Shown here: piece after piece, positions 20,963-34,309 of the stretch
Layout of the letters: the number at the start of each line of letters is the position of its first letter
Position numbering within the stretch: the stretch's first letter is position 1
Assembly: GCF_000315625.1 (NCBI RefSeq)
Contig: NW_005434641.1
Coordinates: 325,113-389,112, forward strand
From: Guillardia theta CCMP2712
Taxonomy: Eukaryota; Protista; Cryptophyta
DNA length: 64,000 nt
Direction of reading: 5' to 3'
Notes under the pieces: generated by a model
Databases searched by the model: none
What the model was told of the DNA's origin: nothing
The model's input: the letters and a program-made list of their open reading frames with translations, nothing else
Translations under genes and position numbers: made by a program

Positions 20963-23900
20963 ATGGAGATCCAACCCTTCACCGGGCCCTCATACATCCC
21001 GCACGACAGGCTAGAGTCTCTGAGGCGAGCTCTCCGAACAACCGGGCACTGCCGCAGGACGTCAAACTTGACAGGATTGCCATGGTTGTGGCATGACGGG
21101 CATGGCGGCCTGCCTTCACTCTTAGCTGCCGCCATGCAAGCTCGCGAAGAACAGCTCAGGTTCCCAGGTACGGCCATGCGAGCGCTGGAGCTGGAGCCGC
21201 ACGGTACTGCCATGATGAGCTGCTGAACCATCTGCAGGGAGTCCCATTGCAAGGAGGAGGGAATATGCGAGACCAGCGACAGTCAAGGTGGTGGAGGATG
21301 ATCCTCACGAGACCTTCCTCTCTCCGATCACAAGGGGTGAGCAACGATGCATGACGCGCGGGAGGGTGAGAACCGGGTGAGCGCAGGTATGGTGGACTCG
21401 CGGCATCACAGCAATGTTGGCCTGGAGCTGCGGCCCGTTAGTATGTGCCTGTCTCCAGAGATGGAAGAGCAAGTCTACTTCCTCATCGAGCGAACTTATC
21501 TCTCCAGCCCAGCTCGCTTGTCCAATCAAAGTGGGCGATCCTTTGCTCCTGCCACCCTCTGATTGTGGAGTGACAGTCTCTTCCCTGGACATTCTCATGT
21601 CCATCGATGGTTTCAGCACGACGGGAGCGTCTCTTGCAGAGGTAACTATCCTCTGCTCTATCCTCTGCTCTATCCTCTGCTCTATCCTCTGCTCTATCCT
21701 CTGCTCTATCCTCTGCTCTATCCTCTGCTCTATCCTCTGCTCTATCCTCTGCTCTATCCTCTGCTCTATCCTCTGCTCTATCCTCTGCTCTATCCTCTGC
21801 TCTATCCTCTGCTCTATCCTCTGCTCTATCCTCTGCTCTATCCTCTGCTCTATCCTCTGCTCTATCCTCTGCTCTATCCTCTGCTCTATCCTCTGCTCTA
21901 TCCTCTGCTCTATCCTCTGCTCTATCCTCTGCTCTATCCTCTGCTCTATCCTCCTGGACTGTGACGGGAGTCTGATCAGGTGGAGGCAAGACTAGCGGGC
22001 CCAAGGGGTAAGACGGTGACGTTAGGGATCTTGCTGCTAAACAGGAGGGCAACGTCGAGCCGAGGTTCGAACCAGTCGACTTTGGTGCCAGTAGTGACGA
22101 CATGGCAGAGAGGTACCAGGAGTATCAGTACGTCGAGCTCGTGCGGGACTGCCAGTACCTGAAGCTGTCTCCACTGAAGAAGATTGGCTGGCCCCATCCC
22201 GACCTGTATCAGGTGACCTACCTCCTCTTCCTCCTCCTCTTCCTCCACTTCATCATCATCATCATCACAACCACCATCGCAGATCCCATGACGGTGTTGT
22301 AACAGGAGCGCGCTCTCAGCTGCCTCACGAGAGAGAGCCCTTTCCGAAGAGCATGCATCTCCTGCATCGAGAACAAGCATACGCCCCTCCTCCTGCTCCT
22401 GCCTCCTGACCAGCCAGTCCAGGTGGTTCCAGAACTTCGGCCACCTCTGCATCATCTTCTCCATAGTCCTCCTGTCCTTGGAGGATCCCAGCACGACTGC
22501 CAACCAAGTCTCGCCCCTGCAGACCGGCAGGTCAGCGGACGGGCTGGCCCCGAGGGCCCGACGTGACGTGAGGTGGCAGGGATAAGACGTGCAAGACGAC
22601 CACTGGCTCGATCTGCCGCTTCCCCTTCACCTACAAGGGAGAGACGTTCAGCAGCTGCACATGTGAAGGAGAGAGGATGGAGGAGGGAAAGGGCAGGGAG
22701 GGAGGAGAGGGAGGGAGGTGGGAAGGGAGAGGGGAGAGGGAGGAGCTCACTGCTCTTTCTGGCAGCGAAGGACAACCTTGGGATCCAATGGTGCGCGACA
22801 AGCACTGATTACGTCACCGGGGTAAGAGACCTCCCTCTTGCTCCTCCTGCTCCTCCTCCTCCTCCTGCCTCCTCTTGCCTCCTCCTCCTGCCTCCTCCTT
22901 TCTCTCCATTCCTCCCGCTCATGTTCACCTTCATACTGGTAGGACACGAGCTGGGGCAACTGTAACCCCCTGCTCTGCGGCGGGGGGTGGACCTTCACAT
23001 GGAGCAAGGCGATCAGCTTCGGCAAGTTGCGGAGGAGAGAGAGAAGAGGGAGAGAGAGAGGGGAGAGAGAGGAAGACAGGAGAGTGCGGGAAAGAGGGAG
23101 GAGACGAGGAGGGGGTGGCGGCAGGGGCAGGGAAGTGGCAGCGGGTCAGTCATTGATATTCTATCTACAGGGAATTTCTGTCTCACGATCTACTTCGTTC
23201 TCGAAGTTGTTCCCTACATCGTTGCTCATGGTACGATTGAGATCCTCTCCCCTCAACTCCTCACCCGACCCGTCAGGATTGTTCTTCGGTCAGAACGCAC
23301 TTTTCTCTAAGACAGGCGAGGCTGATCGCCGTCGACTCGTCTGAGGGAGCTGACGGCAGCCAACAGACAACTGCCTCGACTTCCTCCTCGTCCTCACCAA
23401 CATGGCCGACGTCGTTCTCTCCTCCCTTGTGTTCAGCGAGGTCTAGCGCTTCCTCTGCTTCCTTGAAGTCACTGGGCTGCAGGACGGCAGGAGTTCCGGC
23501 AGTTCAGAGCTTATCAGGTGACGTGGACGCTTCTCCTGCCTCTCCTCATCCTCCTTCCAGAGCCGTCCAGGTCCTCCGCGTCCTCCGCGTCCTCAAGCTC
23601 GCCGGGCGCTTTCCGCCCGTCTACAACGTCATCCTCCTCTTCGGGCAGGTGGGTCGAGGGGGACGACGCGGGCTCCTCCTCAACTTGTCGCAGCTGCAAG
23701 ACGCTCTCCTCACCGCGCTGCTGATCAACGGCATGCTCCTCCTTGCTGTTGCTGTCATCGCCATGGTCGCTCGCCCTCCTGCGCCTCCTGCACCGTCTCT
23801 GACCCCTCCCTGCAGCAAGTGTGGTTGGGGCAGTTGAGTATGCGATGCTTCAGGTACGCAAGGAGAAGGAGAATAGGAGAGGAGGCAGGAGGAAAAGGAG

Positions 23901-26900
23901 GAGGAGGAGGTTGAGGAGCAGGAGACAGGAGCAGCATGAGACATGAGGAGCGGCAGCAGGAGCTGGAGACAGGCGGAGGAGGAGGAAAAGGATCAGCGGG
24001 AGCAGCAGGAGGCAGCAGGAGGACATGAGTCGAGTGGATCTGACTAGACATGTTTCACCCTTTAGTCAAGATACAGGCCTGATGTCAACGGACAAGCGAG
24101 CTTGCGATCCCTCCTCCTCCTCCTCCTCCTCCTCCTCCTCCTCCTCCTCTGCCAACCCCTGGAGCCTCCGCCTGACAGGGCGAGGGTGCCCAGCTGGCTT
24201 CCAGTGCGCTCCCAGCTTGATCGTTCCTTCCCTCGTCTCCAGCCCCTCCCTTGACTCCATCGCTTCCTCCTCCCTTCAGCTCCTCAAGGTCTTCACCCTC
24301 GAGTCTTGGATGGATCTCTCCTACAGCCTCATGGTGACCCTACGCCTCTTCCTCCTCCTCGCCCCCCTACCCCCCTCCCCCCTCCCCCCCAACGCCTCCT
24401 ACTCCTCCCCCCACCCCTCCTCCTCCTGCTTCTCCTTCCTCCTTCTGTTCTCCTGTAGTCCACCCCTCCTCGTCTCTCCTCCCTCCCATGTCCTNNNNNN
24501 NNNNNNNNNNNNNNNNNNNNNNNNNNNNNNNNNNNNNNNNNNNNNNNNNNNNNNNNNNNNNNNNNNNNNNNNNNNNNNNNNNNNNNNNNNNNNNGTCAGT
24601 TTGGTCGTTCTGCAGAAACTTCCTTCCTTGTTCCCCTCCTCTTGTCCTCCTCCTCCTCCTCCTCCTCCTCCTCCTCCTCCTCCTCCTCATCCTCATCCTC
24701 CTCCTCCCTCCTCCTACTGGTCTTATTTGTCCTCCACGTATTGCTCTTCCTCCTCTTCCCCTTCTCACCTCCTGCTCTCTCCTCTCCCCTCCTGCTGTTC
24801 TCCCTTCCCTCCTCTTGCTTCTTTCGTCCTCACAGTCCACAGTTCGAGAAGATGCAGAACGACAAGTTGACTGAGAAGGCTCGCCGGGTCATCATGCAGT
24901 GGAGGAGGATCAAGATGCATCAGGGGTTTCAGAAGTGGAAGGCCCACTGGCAAGCAGCCTTCACGCCATCCTGCTCCTCCTGCTCTTCCTGCTCTTCCTC
25001 CCCCTCCTCCTGCCTGTTCCTTCTTCCTCCTCCTCCCGCTGCTGCTGCTGCTGCTGCTCTGATCCTTCAGATTCTGCTCCTCCTGCTCTTCCTGCTTTCC
25101 TTCTTTGCCCCACTGCTGCTGCTCCTTCTGACAGGCGCGTCAGGTACCAACGGCAGAAGATGATTCTGCGGACCATGAAGGAGCGCATTCTAGACAGGAG
25201 GGAGATCTTCGACTGGGCCGTCGCCCGCTGGAGGCACGCAGAGCTGCTGGGGGCATGGAACGCCTGGTGCGACCTCCTCCTCCAGCAGAAGCTCGCCATG
25301 CAGGTCCGGGCCGAGATCTCCGGACAGCAGCACCCCAGCTCGGGGATGCAGCTGAGCATCAAGAAGAAGGCGAAGATGGCGAGGGCCAAGAAGCTGCAGG
25401 CCGAGCAAGTCTCCTTCTCCCAGCTGATGCAGCAGCTGGCCTTGTCCGAGGGGCTCGAGAGCGTCATGGTGGCGCTGGTGTGCTTGTCGGTAGTGCTCAT
25501 GAGTCTTCAAGGGACGTGCGACTCCGCGCTCGGCTCGCTCTTCCGCTGCTCCCCCGACAACCAGCGCTCCTGGCTCCTCTACTCCACCGTCGTGGAGGCC
25601 CTCCTCCTCTTCTGCACGGCTGCCTTCACCCTGGAGGCGGCGATCAAGCTCGTCGGGCTGGGATTCAAGTACTTCCTCTCCCTCGGCAACTTCTTCGACT
25701 TCAGCGTCGCCGTTGTCTCACTGTCTGAGGTACTTCTCTCCTCCTCCTCCCTCCCGCTCCCCTCCTTCACCCCCCTCCTCATCTCCAATCCCTCCGTCCT
25801 CCTCTACCTCCTTCTCCTCCTCTCTTCTCCTCTCTTTCTCCTTTCCTCCGTCCTCTCACTCTTCATCTCTCCGCTCACTCTCTCGCATCCCCCCCGCCCC
25901 ACGCGCTCTTGAGCTCTGCCGCAGATCGTTCAGGTTGGGATCCTACTCTCCTGCAACACTAACCGCCTCTCTTCCAACGACTTCTCCTCCTCCTGCACCG
26001 ACTCCACCTCTGGCGTCCAGGCTCTCCGCGCCTTCCGCGTCCTCCGCATCTTCCGCCTTCTCCGCAGGGTCCCAACGCTGCAGACCATTTCGCTACAGAT
26101 CCTCGACGTGCTGAAGCAGTCGTGGGGTGCCGTCCTCCTCTTCTTCCTCTTCATCTTCACCTTCGCTCTCATGGGCATGCACCTCTTCGCGGGGAAGATC
26201 CTCCTCTCTCCTCCCCCCATCATCATCCCTGGCTCGCGTCTCTACATCCGCGATCCTTCTCCCTCCTCCTCCTCCCTCCTCCCAGGCCTTCGGGCGATCG
26301 CAGAGGTCAGTCAGCAGCCCCCCCAGGACTATCGTCTCCCTGACCGCATCAACGTCTCCCTCGTCTCCTCCTTCTTTCGTGTCAGGGAGTTCACCAAGAT
26401 CGAAGTCAGCCTTGACGGAGGAGGAGGAGAAGAAGGAGGAGGAGGAGGAGGAGTGCTGCCTAGCGTGCAGTTTTCAGTCCCAGACTTGGACAACTTCGAG
26501 TCTTGGATCTCTTCTTTGAGGACGACAACTCAGATTGTCTTCGGCAACCGCTGGAATGTCTTACTGCAACTCACACAAGATTCAGGTTCTCTCGCCCCTC
26601 CTCCTCCTCCTGCTACCAAAACACTACTCGCTCTTCCTCCTAGCTCCTCCTCCTCCTCCTCCTCCTCCTCCTGCTACTAGAACTGCTCGATCCTCTTTCT
26701 CTAGCTCGTCCACCTCCAAGCTCTCTTTATCCTTCCCCTCCTTTCCCCGCATTTGTTCTTTGCTGATCAATATCTTTATCCTGGCCCTTCTACCTCCCCC
26801 TTGCTGATCTGACGCGGCGTCGGCGACAGGAGCGATCGCCTACCTGTACGTCTTGAGCCTCCTCGTGCTGGCTCGCGTGCTGTCAGCTGTCTTCACCTCC

Positions 26901-29822
26901 CTCTTCTACGTGCGGATGAACCTCGTGCACCAGCAGGAGGCGAGGAGGAAGCAGCGCGAGGACGCCAAGGAGCAGCAGAGCGAAGTTCACATTGGGGGCA
27001 TGTGGTCCATCCTCTACCAAGACGGCAGCAGGGAGTCCAGCTCGGAGGCAGCTGAGCTAGTTGTCATCCTGCACAGGAAGGGGGCGAGAAACTTCGACAT
27101 CATCTCTCCTCGTCGCGGGTGGACGCCAGTGCGGGGGAAGCTGACGATGGACAGGACGGGGCTGCACGCGTACCTGGGGCAGAAGAATCAGATGAAGACG
27201 AGGATGTACGCGAAGCTCTTCGACGGAGGCAGCATCCTCGTGTGGGCCAACGGACAGCGCTGGGTGCTGGAGGGGAGGAAGCTGCCTGGGCATTTCAGCA
27301 GCCACTATGTGCCCAAGGATGAAAGGATGAAGCCAGGAGTGAAGAAGCAAGAGGAGGAGGCGGCGCAGGAGGAGGAGGAGGAGGAGGAGGAGGAGGAGGA
27401 GGAGGAAGCTAAGTATCATCGCAAATATCCAGTGGCAGCCCCGACGCACTCAGAGGAGATGAGGAAGGAGCTCCGAGAGACCGCGTGCTACTGGCTTCCT
27501 GTCGACATCTCCCACCTCCACCCCTTCCAGTCCCTGCAGGAAATCTTCCTCCCCGTCGTCAACCTCCGCGTCTGCTCAGCAGCCGTCGCTCGCTCGCTCC
27601 TCTGGGTCAGTGAGCAGGGAGCAGCTGCGAGCAGGTGGCTGCACTCGCTCCGTCCTCCTCCTGTGCAGAAGAAGAAGCTCAATATCCGGGACCTGGATCT
27701 GCAGCGATGCAGCAGTAGGGAGCTGGTGGCCTTCTTCCGGGACGTTGAGCATCGCGTTGCTGTCGAGCAAGCGCTCTCTGCGCACATCGATGCGGCAGTG
27801 GAGGTGATCCGAGATCGATGCGACAAGCTGGAGGAGGAGAAGAGGAAGAGACCGCGGGGGGCGAACAACGTCTGGTACGACGAGCAGCAGAAGAGCAGCA
27901 TGGACAAGGTCGTCGTCCTCCTCCGCTTCAAGGACATGCTCACTGTCGCCTCCTCCTCCCTCGGCCTCGCTCGCTCCAGCTCCTTGCGCCTGCTCGCCCG
28001 ACGAGTAGGAGGCAGCAGATCCTTTCACGTCCTCTCTTCCCTCATCATCCTCGTCAACGCAGCGACTCTGGGCTACGACGTTCCTGCTCGCGTGGGAACA
28101 GAGCGAGAGATCATCGATAGCCTTCAGTTCTTCTTCACCGCCTTCTTCCTCCTGGAGGTTCTTGTCCTCGTCCTATGGAAGGGTCTTCGCGTCTACCTCG
28201 GCGACCCCTGGAACAGGTTCGACTTCGCCATCGCCGTCATCAGCGTCGCAGACACCTTGATCATTCTTTTCCTCCGCACCGCCCCCGACGCTGCCGCTCT
28301 TGCCACCCTCCTTGTCGGCCTGCGATCCCTGCGATCCCTCCGTCCACTCCGCCTCCTCCGAAGCGCCGAGACTCTCCGCCGGTTCGGTCGCAGCATCCTG
28401 CACTCTTTCCTCGCGCTCTCCTCCTCTCTCCTCCTCTACCTCCTCGCCATCCTCATCTTCGCTGTCTTCCTCGTCCAGCTGCTGAGCGGCAAGATGGGGG
28501 CCTGCAGTGACGGCAGCGTCTTCGCGCGGAGAGACTGCGAGGGGGTCGCGGCAGACAAGACCAGACGAACATGGCGGGCCAGACCCTTCAACTCTGACTG
28601 GATCGGACCCGCGCTCGTCACCGTCCTCAGCGCCTCCTCGGGAGACCAGTGGAACGCGATCCTGTCAGAGGCGATCGACTCGAGCGGGGAGGATAGCGGG
28701 CCGTGGGAGCGGCACAGCGAGGGCTTCTTCGGCTTCTTCCTCCTCCTCATCCTCTGCGGCAAGCTCATCTTCTCCAACCTCTTCCTCGCCATCCTCGCTC
28801 GCTCCTACTCCCAGTCGGAGACCCACCGCTCCCAGCAGGCCCGCAGGCGTCTGCGGCATCGCCTACGAGCTGAGAATCAGCTGGTGAAGGTGACGACAGA
28901 GCAGTTCGAGGCGAACGTGACGGTGAGGGCGGGGGAGGACGGGAGCATGCGAGCGACGCGGGTGAGGAGAGAAGATCTCCCGCTGGTGATGATCCAGCCC
29001 TCGCATCCCTCCCGTAGAAGACTTTACAACTTCTTCTGGGGGCGGCTCTCAGAGCGAGTCGTCCTCCTCTCTGTCTCCTCCTGCGTCGTTCTCTCCGTCC
29101 TCGAGACCCACAAGCTCTCCTCTTGGCAGGCGCAGCTCGTTACTGTCACCAGCTTCTTCTTCTCCTTCCTCTTCAGCGTCGAGCTCGTCTGCCGCCTCCT
29201 CGCCTTCCATCCTCGAGGCTTCTTCCAGTCTCCCTGGAACCTCCTCGACTGCGTCATCAGCATCTCCTCCCTCCTCGGCCTCGTCCTCGACTCCTCCTCC
29301 TTCAGCGCCAGCCTCCCCCTCCGCCCTCAGATCCTCCGTAGCCTCAGGATCCTCCGGAGTCTGCGGATCCTCAAGGTGGAGCCTGCGGTCATGCAGGCGC
29401 TTTCCTCCGGCTCCTCCCAGCTCCTCACGCTCGTGGGCTTCAGCTTCGTCCTCCTCTACACCTCCGCCGTCATGGCCTCCTCCTCCTTCGCTCACCTCTG
29501 CGAGCAGACTGATCGCGACCTCCCCGGCCTCCTCGCCGTCCGCTGCCATCTGACCGACCCCTCCGCCAGCCTCCAGCGCTCAAACTTCCGCTCGGTGCCA
29601 ACCTCCCTCCTGACGCTGCTGAGGATGAGCACGGGAGACGGGTGGGTCGACATCATGGAGAGGACAGGGCATGTCCACCGCGACTACCCGCGAGCAAGAA
29701 ACGCGACGGAGGAGGCGATCGCAGCCTTGAAGAAATGGATGGGGGCACCAGCGGCCGAGCAGGAAGACTGGATGGTAAAGGCACAAGAGGTGAGATGGCT
29801 CCTGCTGCTTCTCCTGCTCATG

Positions 29823-29854
<32 letters not shown>

Positions 29855-31915
29855 CCTGCTCCTGCTCCTCCTCCTCCTCCTCCTGCTCCTCCTCCTCCTC
29901 CTGAAGACTTGGCAGGCGCTACCAGGCTGCTTGTCGAAGGAGGAGGCAAAGCAGCTGCAGGCAGCAGGAGTGATGAGCTGCATCAGCTGGTCTTGGGGGC
30001 GTGAAGTAGAAGTGACGTGCGACGAGACGTGTGGAAGGTCAGAAGAGAGGAGGAGGAGGAGGAGGAGGGGGAGGAGGGGGAGGAGGAGGAGGAGGGGGAG
30101 GAAGAGAAGGAGGAATAGGAAGCTGAGGAGGGGGAGTCTAACGCTAGAGCAGCAACCTGTCCAAGTTCGTCATCCCTCTCTTCTCAGTCCTCACGAGCTT
30201 CTTCCTGGTCAACCTCTCGGCCGCCATCGTCATCGAGTCGCTCCGCAAGGCCAAAAAGTCGAGCGGGCACAACGTCCTGCTATCCCAGCACGTCACCAAG
30301 AAGAGGTTCAAGGCGCTCTACCTGCTGTGGCTGGAGAAAGCCAAGGGGAGGGGGAGGAAGGCGGAGGAGGAGGAGGACATCGGTCGTCTCTGCGTCAAGG
30401 TGGAGGGGGCACGGGGGCTGCCCAACGAGAGCCGCCTGAGGAAGCTCAACCCCTACTGCAGCCTCGTCCTCCACACCTCCTACCGCAGTACCGCCATGTG
30501 CTCCAAGACGGCTGAGCCGGAGTGGCAGGAGACTTTCCTGCTCCCCCTCCGCCGCTGCCCCACCGACCTCCTCCTGCGCGTCTTCGACTTCCGCGAGGCC
30601 GTAGACGAGCATGCGTTCCTCGGGGACGTTCGTATCGTGCTGGAGGACGCGATCCTCAGGCGCAGAGGTGTGTCCTCCTCCGGGGAGAGCTGCATCTGCG
30701 AGGGATGGTTTCCTCTTTCCGCCCCTCTCCAGTGGAAGGGAGCCGGAGGCAGGATCAAACTAGTCCTCGACTTCCTCCCTCGCCCTGCCAACTCCGCAAG
30801 GAGAGGAGACGCAGTGGGAGAGGAGGAGGCGATGGAGCCGGACGAGTTCGTGCGAGGCTTCAGAGGCCAGGCAGCAGAAGGAGAAGGCAACAGCTGGACG
30901 TCTTCGAGGCGGGAGGATGGAAAAGTAGAGGAGCTCCTGAAGAGCATGGAAGAGCTAAAAGAGGAGGAGGAGGAGGAGGAGGAGAAGGGCAGGATCGCAG
31001 ACGAGCAGGAGGCGAGAAGGTCTCAAGAGCCCACGGAGGAAGTCAACGAATTCCTCGAACAGAAGAGACAGAAAGGTACCCAGGAAGGTGAGCCAGCCTC
31101 TGCCCCTCGAGAAGATGCCGGGAAGAGGGAGGAAAGGAAGAGGGAGGAAGGGAAGAGGGAGGAAAGGAAGAGGGAGGAAGGGAAGAGGGAGGAAGAAGGT
31201 AAAGAAACACGGAGGATGTTTCCTCCCTCCCACGATGCTCTCACCGCCCTGGCCGGCACTCCGATCGTGCTAGTGAGAAGCCGAAGGGCCGAGAGCCTTG
31301 GAGAATTCAATGGGCAAGAGAGCAGGAGGAGGAGAGGGGAAGAAGTTGGTGGAACTGGTGACGATCGACGAAGCTCGCGGGAGGTGGAGGAGGCACGAGG
31401 CAAATGGGAGGGGCGGCGACATAAGGGAGGGAAGCTGAGGAGCGAGAAGGACGAGGGAGGGACGGAGAGAGCTCACGGGCGGAGGGATGGAGGGAGGAAG
31501 CAGGAGGAGCGTCTGATGCGACCCTCGTCCGGCATCCGGAGTCTGGAGGATCGACCAGTCACGCAGTCACAGAAGCGCTTCCTCCTCCACCAGGGAGTTC
31601 CGCACCGCTTCCTCCCCTCCTCCCGCGCCGAGGCCTCAAGGTATGCGCGACCTCTCGTTGCTGTCTCGCTCACGCAAGGTCAAGGATGATCCGGTCGCTG
31701 CTCCATGCTCCCGCTGACGCACCCTCCTCGTGCCTACAACACACTCGCATCCTCGCTGGTGCGTGTGGTGTGGGGGTGGACGTGGCGACGAGGAGAGGAG
31801 AAGGGAACTGATACGAGGAGCAGGTGAGAGAGACTATGAGCTCAGCGCTCTTAGCCAGCACGCGGTGGCGGAAGCGATCGCGAGGTTCATTGAGCACAAG
31901 CATGCGGAGAGCTGA
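20963..31915 (+). CDS. Four-domain voltage-gated cation (Cav/Nav-like) channel alpha subunit with C-terminal C2 domain
   Basis: Pre-S1 ESPFRRACISCIENK; four S4 helices (VLRVLRVLK, ALRAFRVLRIFRLLRR, LRSLRSLRPLRLLR, ILRSLRILRSLRILK); pore loops TLESW, FGNRW, SGDQW, TGDGW; C2 domain at about 30390-30775. Channel homology is clear from about 22305. Exons 20963-22212 are only inferred to belong to it, and domain I S6 probably lies in the gap at 24495-24594. Confidence 0.88.
21647..21953. repeat. 12-bp intronic minisatellite (TATCCTCTGCTC)n, about 25 perfect copies
   Basis: Directly visible; lies between a GTAACT donor (~21642) and an AG acceptor (~21979). Confidence 0.97.
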
Positions 31916-31919
31916 GGTG

Positions 31920-33270
31920 ACGGCAGGGGCGAGGTCTAGGATGACGACGGGGGAGGATGACGACGCCGCTCCTGCCATGGCGTGACTGCTAGCCCGACAC
32001 TCACCCGGCTACCTTGGCCTCCCTTCGCTCGAGGATTTGCCCCACCTGCTGACAACGTGAGAGGAGAAAAAGACAGGAGGAAAGGAGAGGGGAGGAGGAG
32101 AGGGATCACAACACGGAGAAGGGGAGAGAGAGGAGGAGGACAGGGACGGAGTAGAGCGAGGACAACACCTCCTGAAGGCTCTGCCGCGTCATCTCCTCCT
32201 TGAGAACGTGCTGCATGGCGCGTCTTTCAGAGTGAGGAAGGGACTGATACCAACGGGAGGAGGCGTCGAGGGGAGCTACCAGCTGCAAGATCTCTCCTTG
32301 CAACCTGCACCTCTTCCGATCACAGCACTCCTCCTCCTCCTCCTCCTCCTCCTCCTCCTCCTCCTCCTCCTGCACCTCTGAGCCTTGCCGCCCAGCATTC
32401 TCATTTCTCGGTATGAACGACGTTGCTGCTCCTGCTCCATATCAGCTCCTCCTCCACCACCACTTCTACCATCGCTCCTCATTCACATCTCCTGAAACAC
32501 CACCACCTCCACCTCGTCATCATCGCCATTAACCTCACCTGTCGCAAGTGGTGCTCCAACGCCGCATTAACGTGTTCCTGTCACAATCTCTGAGAAGAAA
32601 GAGGTCCAATCGCACCCTCATATCCCCCCCCCCCTCCCTCATCCTCTTATCCCCCCCTCCCTCATCCTCCTATCCCCCCCCCTCCCTCATCCTCCTATTC
32701 CCCCCCCTCCCTCATCCTCCTATTCCCCCCCCTCCCTCATCCTATCCCCCCCCTCCCTCATCCTCCTATTCCCCCCCTCCCTCATCCTCCTACCCCCCTC
32801 CCCCTCCCTCATCCTCTCCCTCACCAGTCGCGCGTTCGCCAACTTGAGCTTTCGGATCTAACGGGCATGAAGTGAGAACACTGTTCAAGGAGGGAGCAAA
32901 GACAGAAACCTTCTCCAGCTCCTTCTTCTTCCTCGCATCTCCTGCCTCCCTCCTTGACCCAGAGACCCTCCGGTCCCTTGGCCGTGCTGGCATCCCGAGC
33001 TCATCTTCGGCACACCCGGACGTCCGGCAGGCCTGCAGCTTGTCAGAGCAGGAAGAGGGGGTGGGGGGGCACAAGGACGACCGAGGAGAGGAGGGAGGAA
33101 GTTCGCTGATAGTCAGGCGAGGCGCGGGAGGAGGCAAGCTCGCCCGTGCCGGACTCCTTCGAGGTTGTCAGTGGCTGATAGCTGCCTTATGGTCGCACCT
33201 CCTGCGGTAGAGCTAGCTCCAAGACAAGGGGAGGAGGAGGAGGAGAAGCGTCGCTGTGGCTACAGACAAG
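31920..33270 (-). CDS. Possible multi-exon hypothetical protein
   Basis: Exon-like segments flanked by GT/AG (KKKELEK|IRKLKLANARL|EHVNAALEHHLRQ|..WYQSLPHSERRAMQHVLKEEM); no recognisable domain; ends poorly defined. Confidence 0.3.
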
Positions 33271-34309
33271 GAGTCAATTCCTGTGAGAAAACAAGAGAGT
33301 CGAAGGAGGCGAGCGAGGAAAGCGAGGTTTCATCAGACGAAGGAGAAGACAAGGACGAGAAGCTCAGAGGATGAGGCGGGACACAATCAGAACAGAGTTA
33401 AAGCTGCATGTTGAAGAATTTGAACACATGCAGGTGAGTCAGAAGGAGAAAGAAAGTACGAAAGAATACAGAAGGAGAGCGCGGAGGGATGTTGGTGTGT
33501 GGATGGGTGGAAGAGTGAAGCAAGGAAAGGAGGGAGGAGGGGAGTCCGGGTGGACGGAGGGCAAGGGAAGAAAACGTGGATGAGAAGGGAGAGGAGAGGA
33601 GAGGAGAGGAGAGGAGAAGGAGGAAGGGAGGGAGGGAGCGAAGGAGGGAGGCGAAGGAGGGAGGGGANNNNNNNNNNNNNNNNNNNNNNNNNNNNNNNNN
33701 NNNNNNNNNNNNNNNNNNNNNNNNNNNNNNNNNNNNNNNNNNNNNNNNNNNNNNNNNNNNNNNNNNNCAAACACTGTACGATACAGATCTGATACACGTG
33801 TACCTGCAGATTCATTGTAAGCTAATACGGTTAATACTCAGTCCATAAAACTACTTTAGCTTGTAACGGTTTTTTGTGCCATTGAACGTCACGGGTTTTG
33901 TATCTTAATTGACTAAAATATGCATCGTGTTTCATGGGGGTCACAAGAATAATTTATAACCCTACCCCCCTTCAGACCTAAAGTACCCCACCCCTTCCCC
34001 TTCGACCTTTTTGGACCTCGCGAGACGAAATCCTCAGGAAATCCGATCCTTGCTCTCCTTGTCGCTCGCTCCCCGCTGCTCCTATCATACGCCCCAACCT
34101 CCTTCCCGCCCGACCCTCTTCACTCTCACAACCATATCCTCACCTACCCGTCATCCCTCCCCTTTGCTCTTGCACAACCACTGAGTTCTGGCACGTGCCG
34201 GTGGCATTGCGGGCTCTACCAACAACCCAGCAAGTCCCAATCCCTTATCACTGCACATATTTATACAAGAACGCTGTTTTGCAACATCCAAGCTCGGATT
34301 TTTTGTAAA

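Noticed and set aside
21414-22103. ORFs with (SILC)n, (AEDR)n, (LLYP)n repeats
   Set aside because: Translations of an intronic 12-bp minisatellite bounded by GT...AG.
29790-29915. Poly-Leu segment inside the 1220-aa channel ORF as an extra TM helix
   Set aside because: Begins GTGAGA and ends GGCAG; an in-frame microsatellite-filled intron.
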